From NCBI RefSeq assembly GCF_964194155.1, contig NC_135884.1:21638001-21702000 (forward strand): 64,000 nucleotides of DNA, read 5' to 3'. A model generated the notes under the pieces. The model saw only the letters and a program-made list of their open reading frames with translations, did not search any database and was not told where the DNA came from. Below are positions 51,228 to 64,000 of the stretch, in pieces. The position numbers and the translations under genes were made by a program. Position 1 is the stretch's first letter. Each line of letters begins with the position of its first letter. The DNA comes from Cetorhinus maximus. Its lineage: Eukaryota.

Positions 51228-54200
51228 GAACTAAATGTCTCTGTTCATTTAATACTATGCAAAAAGGTTATGCTTTCTGATTGTTATTCTCATATTCTTA
51301 CAAATGTGTTGCTGGAATGTTTGTGGTTTAAGAAGTCAGTAAACCATGTGATGTAAATTATTTTATAGTTTGAAAACCATGAACTGGCTCTTGCTGCTGA
51401 CTGTCAAATGGTTATATTATCTCGTGGCAGGAGCACAAGTGAAAACAAACAAAAAAATTAATAAATTCACAGAGCAGCATGAATCATACATGTCTTCACG
51501 TCACCATCCTTGCTTTGTGTCTTCTCTTCAAATATGGGGTGAGTATCAAGACCAACTTTGTTAACCTAATTGGGGAACCAACTGTTCCAGTGCTGCTGGT
51601 AAACGTTCCAGAAGGGCCCTGTGTTGATATTATCTGCAACTATGCAAGCTCCACAGACATTTGCGACATGGAAGGAAGCCATGCATTGTATCTTATTCAG
51701 AAGGTAAATGCATTCGAATAAAACGTTCAAATTTAAGAGATGATCAGAATACATATTTTTGAGTAAGTGGTTTGATGATGCATTGAGAAAGCACATACTT
51801 TGATCTTTTCATATTTGAATTCTGTTGTAAATCTGGTTTAAATCAGCTGAATGAGTTCCACTGGTAAGCTAACAACTCAGGCAATAAGAGGAGTTCTGAG
51901 AACTTGTACTTCCTGCTGATTGCTGCCCAATTTTCGGGAGGTAATTGGCTTTAAAATATTTAGCCCCAATATTGATCGGGGCAGGATTTCTGAGGGGAGA
52001 GAAGAGCTTTTTTGTCAAACTAGGACGACTGACATGCTTGGCATCCTTATGGGGTGGAGGAGTATTCTGGAGAAGGCCGCAGGCCCAAGAGTAGATAAGG
52101 AACCTGCAGCTGGGTTTGCAAGAAGGTGGAGTGGGGAGTCTAGATCTTGGGTGGAGGAATGGTTGTTGATTGGGGACAGGGGGAGTGGGTAGAGTTGTGC
52201 ACAGAGAGTCAGATCCTGGGCAGCCCAGTCCTCAGAGTTGAGAGGGTGGGATCCAATGGCTGGCAAAGGTAAGCTTAATAGGCTGGAGGAAAGCACTCCT
52301 ACTCCTCCTGGCCCACAAGCAGTGCTGCATAGGCACATACCTTTACCACAAAGCAGTCCTTAACTCCTGTAACTGCTTGATAAATAGCTTAAGTGTGAGG
52401 CACAAACCCCTATTAAAGTATTTCACTGAGCAACACTTCTCCTGGGTGTGTGTTGTTTGCCTGCTTCCCATTCAGCCTCTGTTAAAACTGGAAGTGGAGC
52501 CGGGTTTGAGATTTAAAAAAATGTTCACATCTAACCTGACCAAAAACACACTTGTAGTTGGAGGTTAAAATTCCTCTCTTTGTTTTGGCAATTAACAATG
52601 AAAACCATTTTTCGCAGGTATAGTAATGCTTTGTGGCAATTTTGGATAAGTCACTTGTGAGATTGTCATAAGTTATCAGGTCAGCTTCAATTGAAAATAA
52701 GTTAATCAAAGGTCATGACTTTGGTGGGTTGATTTTTGACTCCAGTGTAAACATCTGCTCTTCCTGCCAAAAATGTTGGGGTGAGAGCCAATTCATCTCC
52801 ATGTTTGGGCGTCATTAGCATTGAAGAGCTGATCTACCTGTGCTAATTACTTTGTTTATAAGGCTGCTTGCCAGCTGAGAGGATGATGAATCTGGTGAGG
52901 TCTGCACCACCTTAAAGTGGAGGTTTGGAAAGAGCCAGGAGGATGCAGAGTCAATGGAGTATCTTATTTCAGAGTTGTTGAAATTTGAAGTGCACATCAG
53001 TCAGCAAGGAATTGAAGTTAAGGAAGCTCTAATGCTTAAAAACCCAAAGAATCAAGGAAAAATGAGTGCCAACTGGATCTGCCTCCAGCTTTCCATTACT
53101 GTAGTTAATATTCATTACTGTAGTTAATCCCTTGAAGTAATGCTGGTAACAGCCTCCTCCTGACTTGTAGTGCCCATAATTTGTGACCATGTTAAGGAAA
53201 TCATAGTGGTAGTGCTAATTAACATGAGAATCACATTATGGTCTTAACTGCATCATCTGACTCCCACTGAAATATATTCATTAGCCTTGCCTTTTTGCTA
53301 ATAGGGCCACTGGTTGCCTAAATCAAATATCCAACCAAAAATCAGAAAGGATGGACCTTCTGTGATAAGTTGATGTTTTGTTTATTGCAATTTTCTACTT
53401 GCTACTGCCCCATTTACAGGCGTCAGTGTTGACAATGGGGATGGGACAATCAGCAACATTTTCTCTGGACCAATTACCTAGAATTGCCATTATTTGCAGA
53501 CTTTGGTTAAGTGTTCTGATGTCTCAAATGTTCATTTTTCAATCAGACTATCGATAAGGGAATAAAGGTTTTCACTTCCCCTGGTTGAAGTGAGCTTATA
53601 TTTTAGGTAGAGATTACATTTATTTTGCGTCTAAACAAGCCCAGGTATGTATTATTGATCAGTTATCCTACTGTGATTACAACACGATAGTGCAGACAGC
53701 CACCATTTTTGAATATATTAATGAGTTGAGCTTACAATATTTTGAGTATTCTGCATATCTCAGTTTATCACCTATTCATGAAATCAATTATTTTTTCATA
53801 TAGTGTTCTGTTAGTAGCTGTTTGAAAATAGTTGGTCCTGTTGCTTCAATGGCTAGGAGAATGGAAATAGCTTTGAATTAAAATTAAGTTTAAAGCTGTT
53901 AATTTACACTTTGGAAAATTATTTTTTTTATTTTAATTTTACAAATGCCTTTTCTTAATCCCATATTTTAGCTTAAACAATAATACTATTCCCATATGTA
54001 TTTAATCACAAAACCTGTTATGAACTGCATAGATTTTGTGCTGTTTGCAAAAGAACCAAGTTGTTCCCTTTGTCTCACTGCAGGTAGTTGTACTTAAGGA
54101 ATAAAGAGAAAAGCAGAATTAGTTTAAAGGATAGTGCCATCATGCTAACATGTCTTACAGTGCCCTGTGCAATGTTGCAAACAGACATGACCACTCCCAT

Positions 54201-54499
54201 ACCACTGACCAATGTATTGCTCATGATCATTTTAAGCAGCACTTGTAGAGTAAATGTTATAGCTGATGCTCATTTTCAGGTTTTAGTCCGAGCAATTTTA
54301 ATCCTTTAAGGGGTACAGCTTGCAATGATTTTTGTTAGCTCTCAAGAGGAGCTGTCGTGATCCCCTGTGGGAGTAAAGTGACACCGCTTTTGGACATCAT
54401 GGAGAAAACCACAGTTGCTTCTTGATTATATAAAATCAATGTGAAAAAGTAAAATGCAACTTAACTGTAGTGAAGTTGTTTTAAAAAGTGTTAAGCTTG

Positions 54500-55475
54500 G
54501 ATCAGCAGCAGAACTCTTCCCTTCGAAGTCAGACCCTTCTAAGTCAGAGGTCTGGCCTTGAGACCCTGATTGCAAGTTTCATAATTTAGGCTAACACTTT
54601 AGTGCAGCACCAAGGGTATATTGTTGCAGATGTTGTATTTCAATGGACATAAAGGGCAGAATTTTATGCCCCGCAGGTGGGCGCGCGCCTGACCTGATCG
54701 GGCATAAAATAGAGATCTCATTGTGCACTCGCGCGATAATTTGGTCGGCGGGTGTACGCAAGAGTCGGCAGCTTGCTCGCCGACAATTAAGAGGCCTATA
54801 AAGGCCATTAATGTATTAATTAAGTGCGATTTTTCACTGCCCATCCAACATCATGGTTGGCAGGTGGGCAAATCAACCAGGCGGTCTTTGGATTTTTTTG
54901 AGGAAACCTCATTCACAGGCGGAATGTGGTTTCTGATGTTAATTTAAAAAAAATGTTTGGACAGAATTTTTATAATCTATATGTTCATATGAGGGAGTCT
55001 GATGTGTGGACATTTTTTCCTGCAATTCCAAATCTTTATTTCATAGTTTAAAATTCTTCAGCTCACTGAGGCAGCTCTCTGCCTTCAGGGAGCTTTCATT
55101 GTGCACTCTCCTGAGCCCACGCAGACTTGAGGGCTCGCTCTCCTCCCGCCCCGCCAGCGCTAAGCCCGATCGCGGGCGGTGGTCTGTTTCCTGGCTGCTT
55201 CCGGGCCCGCCCACTGTGCCTACCCGATGACTTGAAAATCCTGCCCAAAGATTTTTTGGCAGTATTTGAAGAGCAGAGTAGTTCTCCTGCTATCCTGGTC
55301 AGCTTTTATCCTTCTAAACAGATTATCTGGTCACTTATCTTATTGCAGGTTGTTGGACCTTGAGATGTACTAATTAGTTGCCTACATAACAGCAGTGGCT
55401 CCGCTTTTATGCCAGGAAGCTCTTTGGGAGGGTCCTGATGATGTGAAATGATGATAGAAATGCAAGCTCTTCCTT
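54500..55475 (+). mobile_element. Decayed Deu-domain SINE interrupted by a MITE
   Basis: aggctaacactttagtgcagc before the MITE, then gaagagcag...ttttatcc...cagattatctggtca and an atagaaatgcaag tail after it. Confidence 0.55.
54654..55246. mobile_element. TIR element (Harbinger-like MITE), orientation A, inside a SINE
   Basis: GGGCAGAATTTT...AAAATCCTGCCC, TSD AAA/AAA. Closest to the 24319 copy. Confidence 0.87.
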
Positions 55476-55487
55476 TAAATACCTTTA

Positions 55488-55930
55488 GGCCAGAATTTTG
55501 CCCTCGTTGGGCGGGCTCAGAGGGGGCGAGCGGGAGCGGTTGGGAAGCCGACTGCCACCCGCGATCGGGGCCCGACCGCGATGTCACGCTGGCAGGCCAA
55601 TTAAGGCCCGCCCAGCGTGAAACGCACGCTGCAGCACTCCCTCTGTGGGGGGGTGGGGAGGAGGGTGAGTGCGCAAGTTCACGCATGTGCACGCAGGAAA
55701 AGCTCCCTGAGGCACATAGCTGCTTCAGGGAGTTGATGATCTTTGAAAATTAAAAATAAAGAATTTTAAAATGTTAAAAAAAACATGTCCCCTCATGTGA
55801 CTCCGTCATGAGCAGGGACATGTTATGAATGAAATGTTAAAATATTTAGTTAAGTTTTAATTGCTGTTGGAAACCTCATCCCGCCCATGGATGAGGTTTC
55901 CCTAAAAAATCCAAAGGCTGCTTGGCCTTG
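55488..55930. mobile_element. Truncated TIR element, orientation B
   Basis: TTA|GGCCAGAATTTT start and shared internal hairpins. The right end is missing. Confidence 0.78.
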
Positions 55931-57184
55931 GAGTCACTTTTCAGTAAATAGCTTGTCATGCAATGAAATTTAAGCCTACAAACGTATATAAGACAAACAT
56001 GCTTCTTTGAGGGCTTGAAAATAGATTTCATTAAAATAAATATACAATATTAAATGTAGAAACAACTGTACATAAAGACCTTTATGAATTGTACTTTTTA
56101 TTCACTGTCTCTAAGAAATGATTAATCTGAGAATATTTCTAACTGAGGACTTATAAGTGCTAAAACATACATTAATAACTTTCTATATTGTTGTTGGCGA
56201 TACTGTAGCAAAATTTCGCAGAATCAATCAATTGCTTTCTGTATATTAAAGTTGTAATTTTATAAAAATTACAGAAATGTTAAACATTAATGCATGCAGT
56301 TAACATGACCTCAGTGTAACAGTACTGCAATTACAAATTAATTTTGTCTCTTGAAGCAACACAATATTGATCAAGCATCTGCTGCGAATGAGCAATTAAA
56401 TTGCATTTTATCACAGTTTCAGTACATTCAGTTTATTTTACTACAACTCTAAATCTTAGTGATTGAATGCTGATCAATTTCTATGTGGGATAAACAGCAA
56501 CGCTTTCTTCCTCAGACACATTTTTATATTTCAGAGCTTACTGTAAGAACTAGACAGACTGCCACAGGCTATGGATGAATGAAAATCTAGTCTCAAGCAC
56601 TGAAAATCGATTCAGGGACAAAATGCCACCAGCATTAGAGCCAGGATGAACCCACGCAAGACCACTGCTGCTGACCTGCTAATGTTTGTGGGGGCCATGT
56701 TTCATTAATATAAAGCCCTGGTTAGTTTACACATTGAGTACTGTGACCAGTTCTAGCGATTATACCTCAGGAAGAATTGAAGGAAGTGCACGTAGATTTA
56801 CCAGAATGACCTTGTCTCCAAGGGTTAAATTACAAGGAGAGATTACACAAACTACAATTGTATTCCCTGGAATTTAGCACCTTGCCTTAGTGGTGATTTA
56901 ATCAAGGTTTTCAAGATATTAAGAGGAACAGATAGGTTCCCTCTGCCTCCCGGCCCATTCCTGGAGTGGGGGTGGGGGGGGGGGACGTGGCCCATTAATC
57001 CTGTTTTTCTCTTCATAGTTGCTGCTAGACCTGTTGAGTATTTTCAGCATTTTACCTTTTTTAGATTTCTAGCATCAGCCATATTTTGTTTTTGCATATG
57101 GGAAAGATCCTTGGCTTTAATAGAGTACGCAAGGAGAAACTGTTTTCAAAAGCAAAGAGTCAGTAACTAAGGAACGTAGACTTA

Positions 57185-57906
57185 GGGCTGCATTTTACAT
57201 GGTGCCGTGATCACTGGCTCCTGGCTAAAAAGTCAACGGGGGGCCTGCTCAGGCAATGAATGGCTGCCCTGAAGCTATTTAATGGTTGAATGGCCATTAA
57301 TAGACTGGAGGCAGGACTTCCACTCCTCAGAAACAGGACATCCCGTCTCAGAGAGCCGCTGGCGAATCAGGGGCTGGCAGCTCTCCAGTACTGGCAGCAA
57401 CTCTAGGAGCAGTGCCTGCTGGTACTGCACTCAGGGCTTGAGGAGGCAAGCTGCGTTGGATTGCGTTCTAAGTGTTTGGGGGTCTCGCTGGGTGACAAGC
57501 TGGCAGACACTGGCAAGGGGGGTGAGGTGGAAAGGAACCTGAGAAGAGGGGAAATAGCACCAGGATTGTGGGGGGGGGGCGCCTTCCAATGGGCCCAAAG
57601 AGCCTGTTGAAGAAGGGTTCCCCTTACATTCCACCAGCCAATGCAGTACAACCCTGCTGGCCTAGGCCTTTCCTGCTGCTGCTTAAGTCCTGGTGGTGGT
57701 GGGATGAGGCCTTTAAGTGGACATTAATTGTCCATTTAAGGATCTGAATTGGCCCACTAGTGGCTGGGCCACCTGACACCACACCCACTGCTGGTAAAAT
57801 TGCCGTGGGGGCAGGAGCATGTGGGTAGGTGGCGGTAAGCTGCCTGCTGGGCTTCACCTGCCCCCTGCCTTCAAACCCGCTGGCAGGGGAGCGTAAAGTC
57901 CAGTCC
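57185..57906. mobile_element. Related TIR element with a TTA TSD
   Basis: TTA|GGGCTGCATTTTAC...GTAAAGTCCAGTCC|TTA. TTA is the typical PIF/Harbinger target. Confidence 0.75.
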
Positions 57907-58427
57907 TTAAGGAAATTAGAAAAAGAGCAGAGACAACACAAAAAACAAATTATGCAGAGAGTTGTGATTTGGAATGCACTGCATGAAAGCGTAATGGAAG
58001 CAGATTCAATAATAATTTTCAAGAGGGAATTGGACAAATACTTGAAGTGGAAATATTTGCTGGGCTATGGGGAAAGAGTGAAAAAGTGGGGCTAATTGTA
58101 TAATTAGCAGAGAGAGGGGCTAATTTCAAAGCAGCGTTGGATTGTACAGGCATAGTGAACCAAATGGACTCCTTCTGTGCTGTATCTTTAAAATGTTACA
58201 AAGTATTTACAGCAGGAGCAAGCATGTCAAGGCCAGGAAAGCTGATGGATAATTTACTGGAAGAAAAGTTACATTAAAGAAAGGAACAGCTAATCACTGC
58301 GTAAACTACAGCTCAGTTTGATGTTCTGATATCCACCAAATGCTTCATTTATTTCTAGGTCCTTTATTTTATTAATTCACTTTAAAGTTCTCACATGTTG
58401 CATCAAACTCAGAATTTGCTTGAAGAC

Positions 58428-61400
58428 TGTAAAGAAAAGAGTTAACTCTAATACTATTCCAATGAGCTACTGAGCATTACAGAGGAGCTATGTAACAATG
58501 ATGTCACACACAAGAGAAAGAGGAGAAGCTAGAGATGAGCAGTGGCTCCAGTGCTTTGTAATCCTATACATAGCTGAGTATTTAAATAAAAGTTGCCTTG
58601 AAAAAGGATCTTTTTCTCCAGCCAGATCTCTTGCTAAGAGTAAGGCACTCAACATCTTCCAAGACGATCCAACAATAACAGATGGTGGCAGCAGTGACCA
58701 AACCCACAGAAAAGCGGGGTAAATTGGCAAGAAAAATTCTGAGGAGAAGCCCAGCAGCAGCAGAGAGAGCACTTCGAGGTCAGTCAGACCAGAGAGGGAA
58801 ATGATGAGGACAGCCCAGCGACTGACACAGAAAGCACAGGAAAGGAGAACCTTGACCCAGCGTGGGCAATGAATTCTACTCTACTTCCCCAAAACTGTTC
58901 CAGAAGACAGAGGGACCCAGACAGGCCGAGCAATGGCAAAACTGGAGAATGCATTTTCACTTGTTATTGAAATGCTTCAGGTCTTGTAGGTAAGACTAAC
59001 AAGGTCAAGGTTAGTACCTTGTTATATGCTGTTGGTAGCATCGCAGACGATGTGCCGGCCAGGTAGAGGGTGAACGAGGAGACAGCCTCCTCCGAGGATG
59101 TCATTAGAGCCTTTAACTCATATTTTAGCCTTCATTGAAACATCATCATAGGGGATAATTCGACTATTGAAATCAAAGAACAGGTGAAGGATCTCTATCG
59201 ATTGACTGCCAATTGTAAGTACGGAACATTACAGATAATTTAATAAGAGACAGAATCGTTGTCAGTGTTTTGGAAGAAACCCTGTCAGACTTTCTACAAT
59301 CTAGAGAAGATTTGACATTGAGCAAAGCAGTGCAACTGGCTAGACAAGCCGAAGAGCAAAAGCAAAACTGAGTGTTTGTAAAGGGTGAGCGAGAACTCCT
59401 ATGGGAAAAGCCGTTTGAAGCCATTCAGTTTATTGGGTGCAAAACTGAAAACGTATTATGGCAGCAACCAGGGAAATGTGCTGAAAGAGCGCCAGCCTCC
59501 ATTTTACAATGTTCCTGTTGTGATGGGAAGAAGGTCCACAGGCACGAAGAATGCCTGAATCGCAGAATGTCAAGATGCAGCAAAGTCAGTCGTTTTAAAA
59601 TCGTGAGTCATTTAAAAATGCCCGTGTTTGCAAAGCAAAAAAAAATCTTTTAAAGGAAGCTGAATACAGGACTTCAGGAACCAGATAAACAGGAAATCAC
59701 TTTTACTGGTGAAATCAAACAGAACAAAAACCAATATGGAGTGCTAACATTGAAGTCAATGGACATCATACAGAATTTAAATTGGATGCAGGAGCTGGAG
59801 TCTCAGTTCCGTCTGAAGTAGCTGCGACAAGTTATTCTGCAACCTTCATCAAACAAACTTCAAGGTCAGGGAGGGATCAGGCTAAAAGGCAAAGATCAGT
59901 TTGGTGCAACATTAGGATACAAAGGCAAAAAATCTCTGAGACACTATATGTCATTCAGAACCAGGAATGCTCTGTGTTAAGCAGAAAAGCCTGTATAGGT
60001 CTGAACCTCATGCTTTCAGTTGAAGAAGACAATAAAAAATTCATTGAGGAAGTTGAGGCCTTCACAGCTTTAATGACTCAATATTTGCCAGCAACAACGC
60101 AGAAGTTGCAAGAATTCTGGGACGTGCAAATGTGGGATGGGGAATGTGTGCAGATTCGCGCACTGTCTTGATGGATTAGTAGAGAATATTCCTAGTAACC
60201 CTGTCCTGAGGCAGTAGTTTGAACAAAGTCGCCACATCAGCATCATTGATGACCTCTTGGTCTATGATGAGCGGTTGGTGATCCCATGAGCTCTCCGCCT
60301 GAAGGTCCTCCAGAAGATTCACCAGGGACATTTTGGTATTACCAAGTGTCAGGCCAGGGAGCAACAATCTATATGGTGGCCAGGTATCTCACGCTTTCTC
60401 AAAGACACGGTCTCCAACTGTGTCACCTGTGCCATTCATAGACAGCAACAGAAAGAACCACTTCTGCCCTCAATTTTTTCCATCCTTAGTAACGCCTTGG
60501 TAAGGACTTATTTGAATTCAAAAGAAAGTATTTCTTATCATTGTTATTCCTGCTGGATTGGGGTGCAAAAGCTACATGGGCTCACCTATGAAGCTGTTAT
60601 AGCCTCTCCAAAGAGGACATTTTCCATGCACAGCATTTAAGACATTGTCATCTTTAACAATGGGTCACAGTTTGCCAATGAGTATTTCTGATCCTTTGCA
60701 GCACTATATGGCTTTGTCCACGTCACAAGTTCATTGAGGTACCCTCAGGCCAACAGACAGGTTGTTGACAAAGGAGTATATACCATTAAAGGCTTCCTCT
60801 GAAAAAACTAAGATTTTAAGTTAGCCCTGCTCAGCTATCACTCTACACCTTTGCACAAAGGCTTCATGCCATGCAAGCTTTAGCTTCAGAACGCAACTTC
60901 CTTCCCTTCCTCACATGTTAATGCCAAACATCACAGTAAAGGACCATGACCATATCCGACAGAAAGAAGGTTATAGAGCAGGCCAAGCTGGCACTTACAA
61001 CCAATGACACAGGGTTCATGGCCTGCCCACACTCAAAAAGGGGAGAAATGGTGTGGATTAGAGCTCAGCAGCAAGAAGGTATCATAATGGAGAGGTTGCA
61101 ACACCAAGATCAAATCTCATCTAGTTAGAAACCGGTATCATCTGAAGAAATAGGTGTGCCTTGATTTTGACGAACAAGAAGCCACTAGCTGGATGGGCTG
61201 CATGCCCTGATCCTCAGGAGAAAACTACGATTACAGAACCAATAATGATGGAAACAAGAAATTCAAAGAATAGGTTTGGAGCTAACAGATGCTCAACAAT
61301 CTCAAAAAGAATGTTATATACATTTGGGGACATTGGTGAGACCACTACAAAGACTATCCCTGTAAAAACAGAAGCCAGAATTCTTACCTTGATGGGCGGG

Positions 61401-62313
61401 CGGGAAGCCAAACTCTGCCGCCGAAACGAGGCCCACTGCCATTTTGAGTGGGCGGGCCAATTAAGGCCCGCCTAGCGGCCTGCCCGACAGGAAGCACTAT
61501 GCGCTTCCTGTGCAGGGGGTGGAGGGATTCCCCATCTGTGAAAGAGCGCACTGCTCCCTGAGACTAAGTGCTGTATCAGGGAGATCACTGACAGTGTAAA
61601 AAGCATTAAAAATATAAAAATTATTAACGTGTCTGCCTCATGTGACAATGTCACACGAGATGGGACATGTTAATAAAAAGAACATAAACTTTATTAAACT
61701 TTTTAATAACGGACATGAAACCTCATCCTGCCAGTGGATGAGGTTTCATGTATTATCAGGAGCCCGTTGGATCTCCTGGCTGGCCCGCCAACCTTAAGGT
61801 TGGATGGGCAGGGTCTTCAATGATCTTAATTAGCCTGTCAATGGCCTTAATTGGCCATTGACAAGTCGGCGGGCGGACAGCTGATTTCGTTGTCCGCCTG
61901 CCTTCCTCAATATTTAAATGGACCAGGATGACATCGGGGGTTCCTCCCAACGTCATCCTGCGTCATTTTCCCGTCGGAGAGCGGGCCCCGCTCCCAAGTC
62001 GCCGACGGGAAAATTCTGGCCAGAGACTTTGGGAGAGGGTAGCTTGTAGAGATAAAGACATGGGCAGAGATGTAAAGGGTTAACTCTAAAACTACTCTAA
62101 CAAGAGCTGTTGAGCATGTGCATAAGCAGCTATATAATAATGATGTCATACAGAAGAGATTGAGGTAAATCTGAGAGATGAGCAGTGTCCCTGTCCTAAT
62201 GCTTAGTAATTTTGTACATCGTTGAGTACGTAAATAAAGGATCTGTGCCTCCAGCCAGATCTCTTGCTAAAAGTAAGACACCCAACATCTTCCAAGACGA
62301 CCAAATAATAACA
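58428..62313 (+). mobile_element. Gypsy-type LTR element lacking RT/RNaseH
   Basis: LTRs at 58428-58680 and 62071-62313 (TGTAAAG...AATAACA, shared ccagccagatctcttgctaa). PBS TGGTGGCAGC at 58683 (tRNA-Leu-like). Gag remnants at 58900-59620, protease (FKLDAGA) at ~59770 and integrase remnants at ~60200-60900. Confidence 0.85.
61373..62021. mobile_element. TIR element (Harbinger-like MITE), orientation B, inside an LTR element
   Basis: AGCCAGAATT...AAAATTCTGGCC, TSD AGA/AGA. Confidence 0.87.
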
Positions 62314-63169
62314 GACAGAACTCCAATAATTCTATCCTACATGATATAATAAACCCAAAACAAAAAGTGTGAGGGTACTTTGGAGCTCTCTGGTTTCCCC
62401 TTCATCTTTAACCTCCGTTTATCATTTGTTCACATTGATTTGGAACTCTGTGTAGGGATTTGTGAGCCAAACCTCGGCTATATCATTTACCACCATTTTA
62501 CATGTTTATGACTTCATCAGCAAAGTCCACAAAATAGCCAGTTTATAAGCTCATCTATTAGTTGAGATTTCTCAGTGAGGTTAAAAGGTTTTTTTCAAAC
62601 AGAATAAGGAATAACTTGCAGGATCCCATTAGAAATAATCCCACAAGCATTACATCATGTTTAGTGCAAGCTGAAGAGCTGCCTGGAAATATTTTGAAAC
62701 TGATGCAAAGATGTCTATGGTAACTGTCTCTTAGCAATCTTTTAAAATAGGTTTTCCCTATTACATTATTTATATCTTCTGGGAGAGCAAAGAATGACGT
62801 AAATATTCATACAGCTCATCTTAAAAGCATATGAAGCAAGTGTAATTTATTTTCTACCATGCAAGCACAAGGACGAATATTGATCTATTTGATTCTGCCA
62901 CTTAAATATTTGAGCCAGTTTTTATAACACTGGATTGATTTTTGCTATTTACGCTTTTCCAAATGTCTTCCATGTGGTGATATTTTGAAGCTGAAAAATA
63001 TAATTGAGAAAGCTTACCTGGAATTGATGGAATTATCTAGAGTCCCTGCAGGTAAATTTCTGCTGTTCTTAATGATTACTGCTGTGGGTGGTCAGATGCA
63101 TTTATTCTCTTGTGTGTAGCATGATGGAAATCAGAGAAAGTTAGGGTCTTTCCAATAGACCAAGCATTC

Positions 63170-63430
63170 ATAGTGTAGTGCCTCAACTGATGACACCATT
63201 GCCTCCGAGTCACAAGGTTGTGAATTCAAGTTATACACCAGGACTTGAACATAAAAATTCAAGTTGATACTCCAGTGCAGTCCTGAGGGAGTGCTGCACT
63301 GTAAGAGGTACTGACATTAAATCAAGGCCCCATCCACTTTCTCAGGTGGCCGTGTGAGATTCCAGGGCACTACTTCAAAGAAAAGTATGGGTGTTGTCCC
63401 CAGTCTCCTGGTCAATATTTATCCCTCAAT
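63170..63430 (+). mobile_element. Deu-domain SINE (SacSINE/AmnSINE-like)
   Basis: tRNA-like head followed by ctccagtgcagtcctgagggagtgctgcactgt...ctcaggtgg...gtcaatatttatccctcaa, matching the recalled Deu-domain consensus. Confidence 0.65.
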
Positions 63431-64000
63431 TTCTTTCTTTTCATTCAAACATTCACTGGCTTTAGGCTCTGTGTGTTTGGATTTTCATTTGCAAATGATA
63501 GAAACTAATTTTTAAAAATGACTCTGATAAAACTCGCAAGCACACTAAAGTGATAGCTTGCAATCCTGTCACTTTGAATTAGTTTTGTTCAATCTTATGC
63601 GATTTGGAGACTCTGCTACTTTGAGCCCAGCCTGGTCTGCTCTACAGTTCAGTGACGGTTATCAGCAGTCTGAAAAAAGTATCCTTTTGTGCTTTAGTGA
63701 CGGGAATGTACTGTAAATGGTGATCATTCATTTTATGAATTATTGTAACCTTTCAGCGTAAAAAGGATGCTTTTTATTTCTCCCTGAAAAGCATTAATAA
63801 TTCTGCGTTGTAGTATAACCATAGCAGGATTTGATGGAACTGCAAGTCCCCATATTACTTAAATATGCATTTCTTAGCCCAGCCCACCCTTTCAAAAAGC
63901 AAGGGGCTGCATCTTTCTGGCCCCACAGAGGTGGGTTTGAACGTAGGAGCAGGAGCAACAATTGATACATGTGCATCCCATACATTCCTGGTTCCAAGTG

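Larger units (their letters stand above)
49172..51250 (+). other. ATP2B2: Probable 3'UTR of ATP2B2
   Basis: About 2 kb of AT-rich sequence after the stop with no recognisable transposon. AATAAA at ~49972, ~51123 and 51222. The true end is not determinable from sequence alone. Confidence 0.6.

Noticed and set aside
53091-53128. 19-bp tandem duplication (cattactgtagttaat)
   Set aside because: An isolated slippage duplication with no further signal.
54061-54090. Strong-looking acceptor (ttccctttgtctcactgcag) downstream of the gene
   Set aside because: No recognisable exon or protein follows.
63170-63245. tRNA gene
   Set aside because: Only decayed A/B-box-like sequence continuing into a SINE body, with no cloverleaf.

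Overview
Vertebrate genomic DNA, probably from a cartilaginous fish (inferred from the CR1, RTE, Deu-domain SINE and Penelope repeat content). The window holds the 3' part of a plasma-membrane Ca2+-ATPase gene on the + strand, best matching ATP2B2/PMCA2. There are four constitutive exons (563-776, 5006-5217, 11242-11349, 13033-13215), the alternative splice-site-C region (178-nt exon 32155-32332 plus a candidate ~54-nt exon at 32496-32549), and the last coding exon 48860-49171, which ends in the PDZ ligand ETSL and is followed by a ~2 kb 3'UTR. Introns and the downstream flank are dense in transposons. These include three decayed Gypsy-type LTR elements (two lacking RT/RNaseH), one full-length and many partial CR1 LINEs, RTE and L2 fragments, Deu-domain SINEs and Penelope-type repeats with a minimal hammerhead-ribozyme-like motif. 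At least seven copies of a 600-700 bp TIR element with 3-bp TSDs carry three conserved internal hairpins. A four-level nested insertion spans 34.7-45.8 kb. I see no CRISPR array, rRNA, intact tRNA or second host gene. All family assignments come from reading and recall, not from database searches, and repeat edges are approximate unless a TSD is given.
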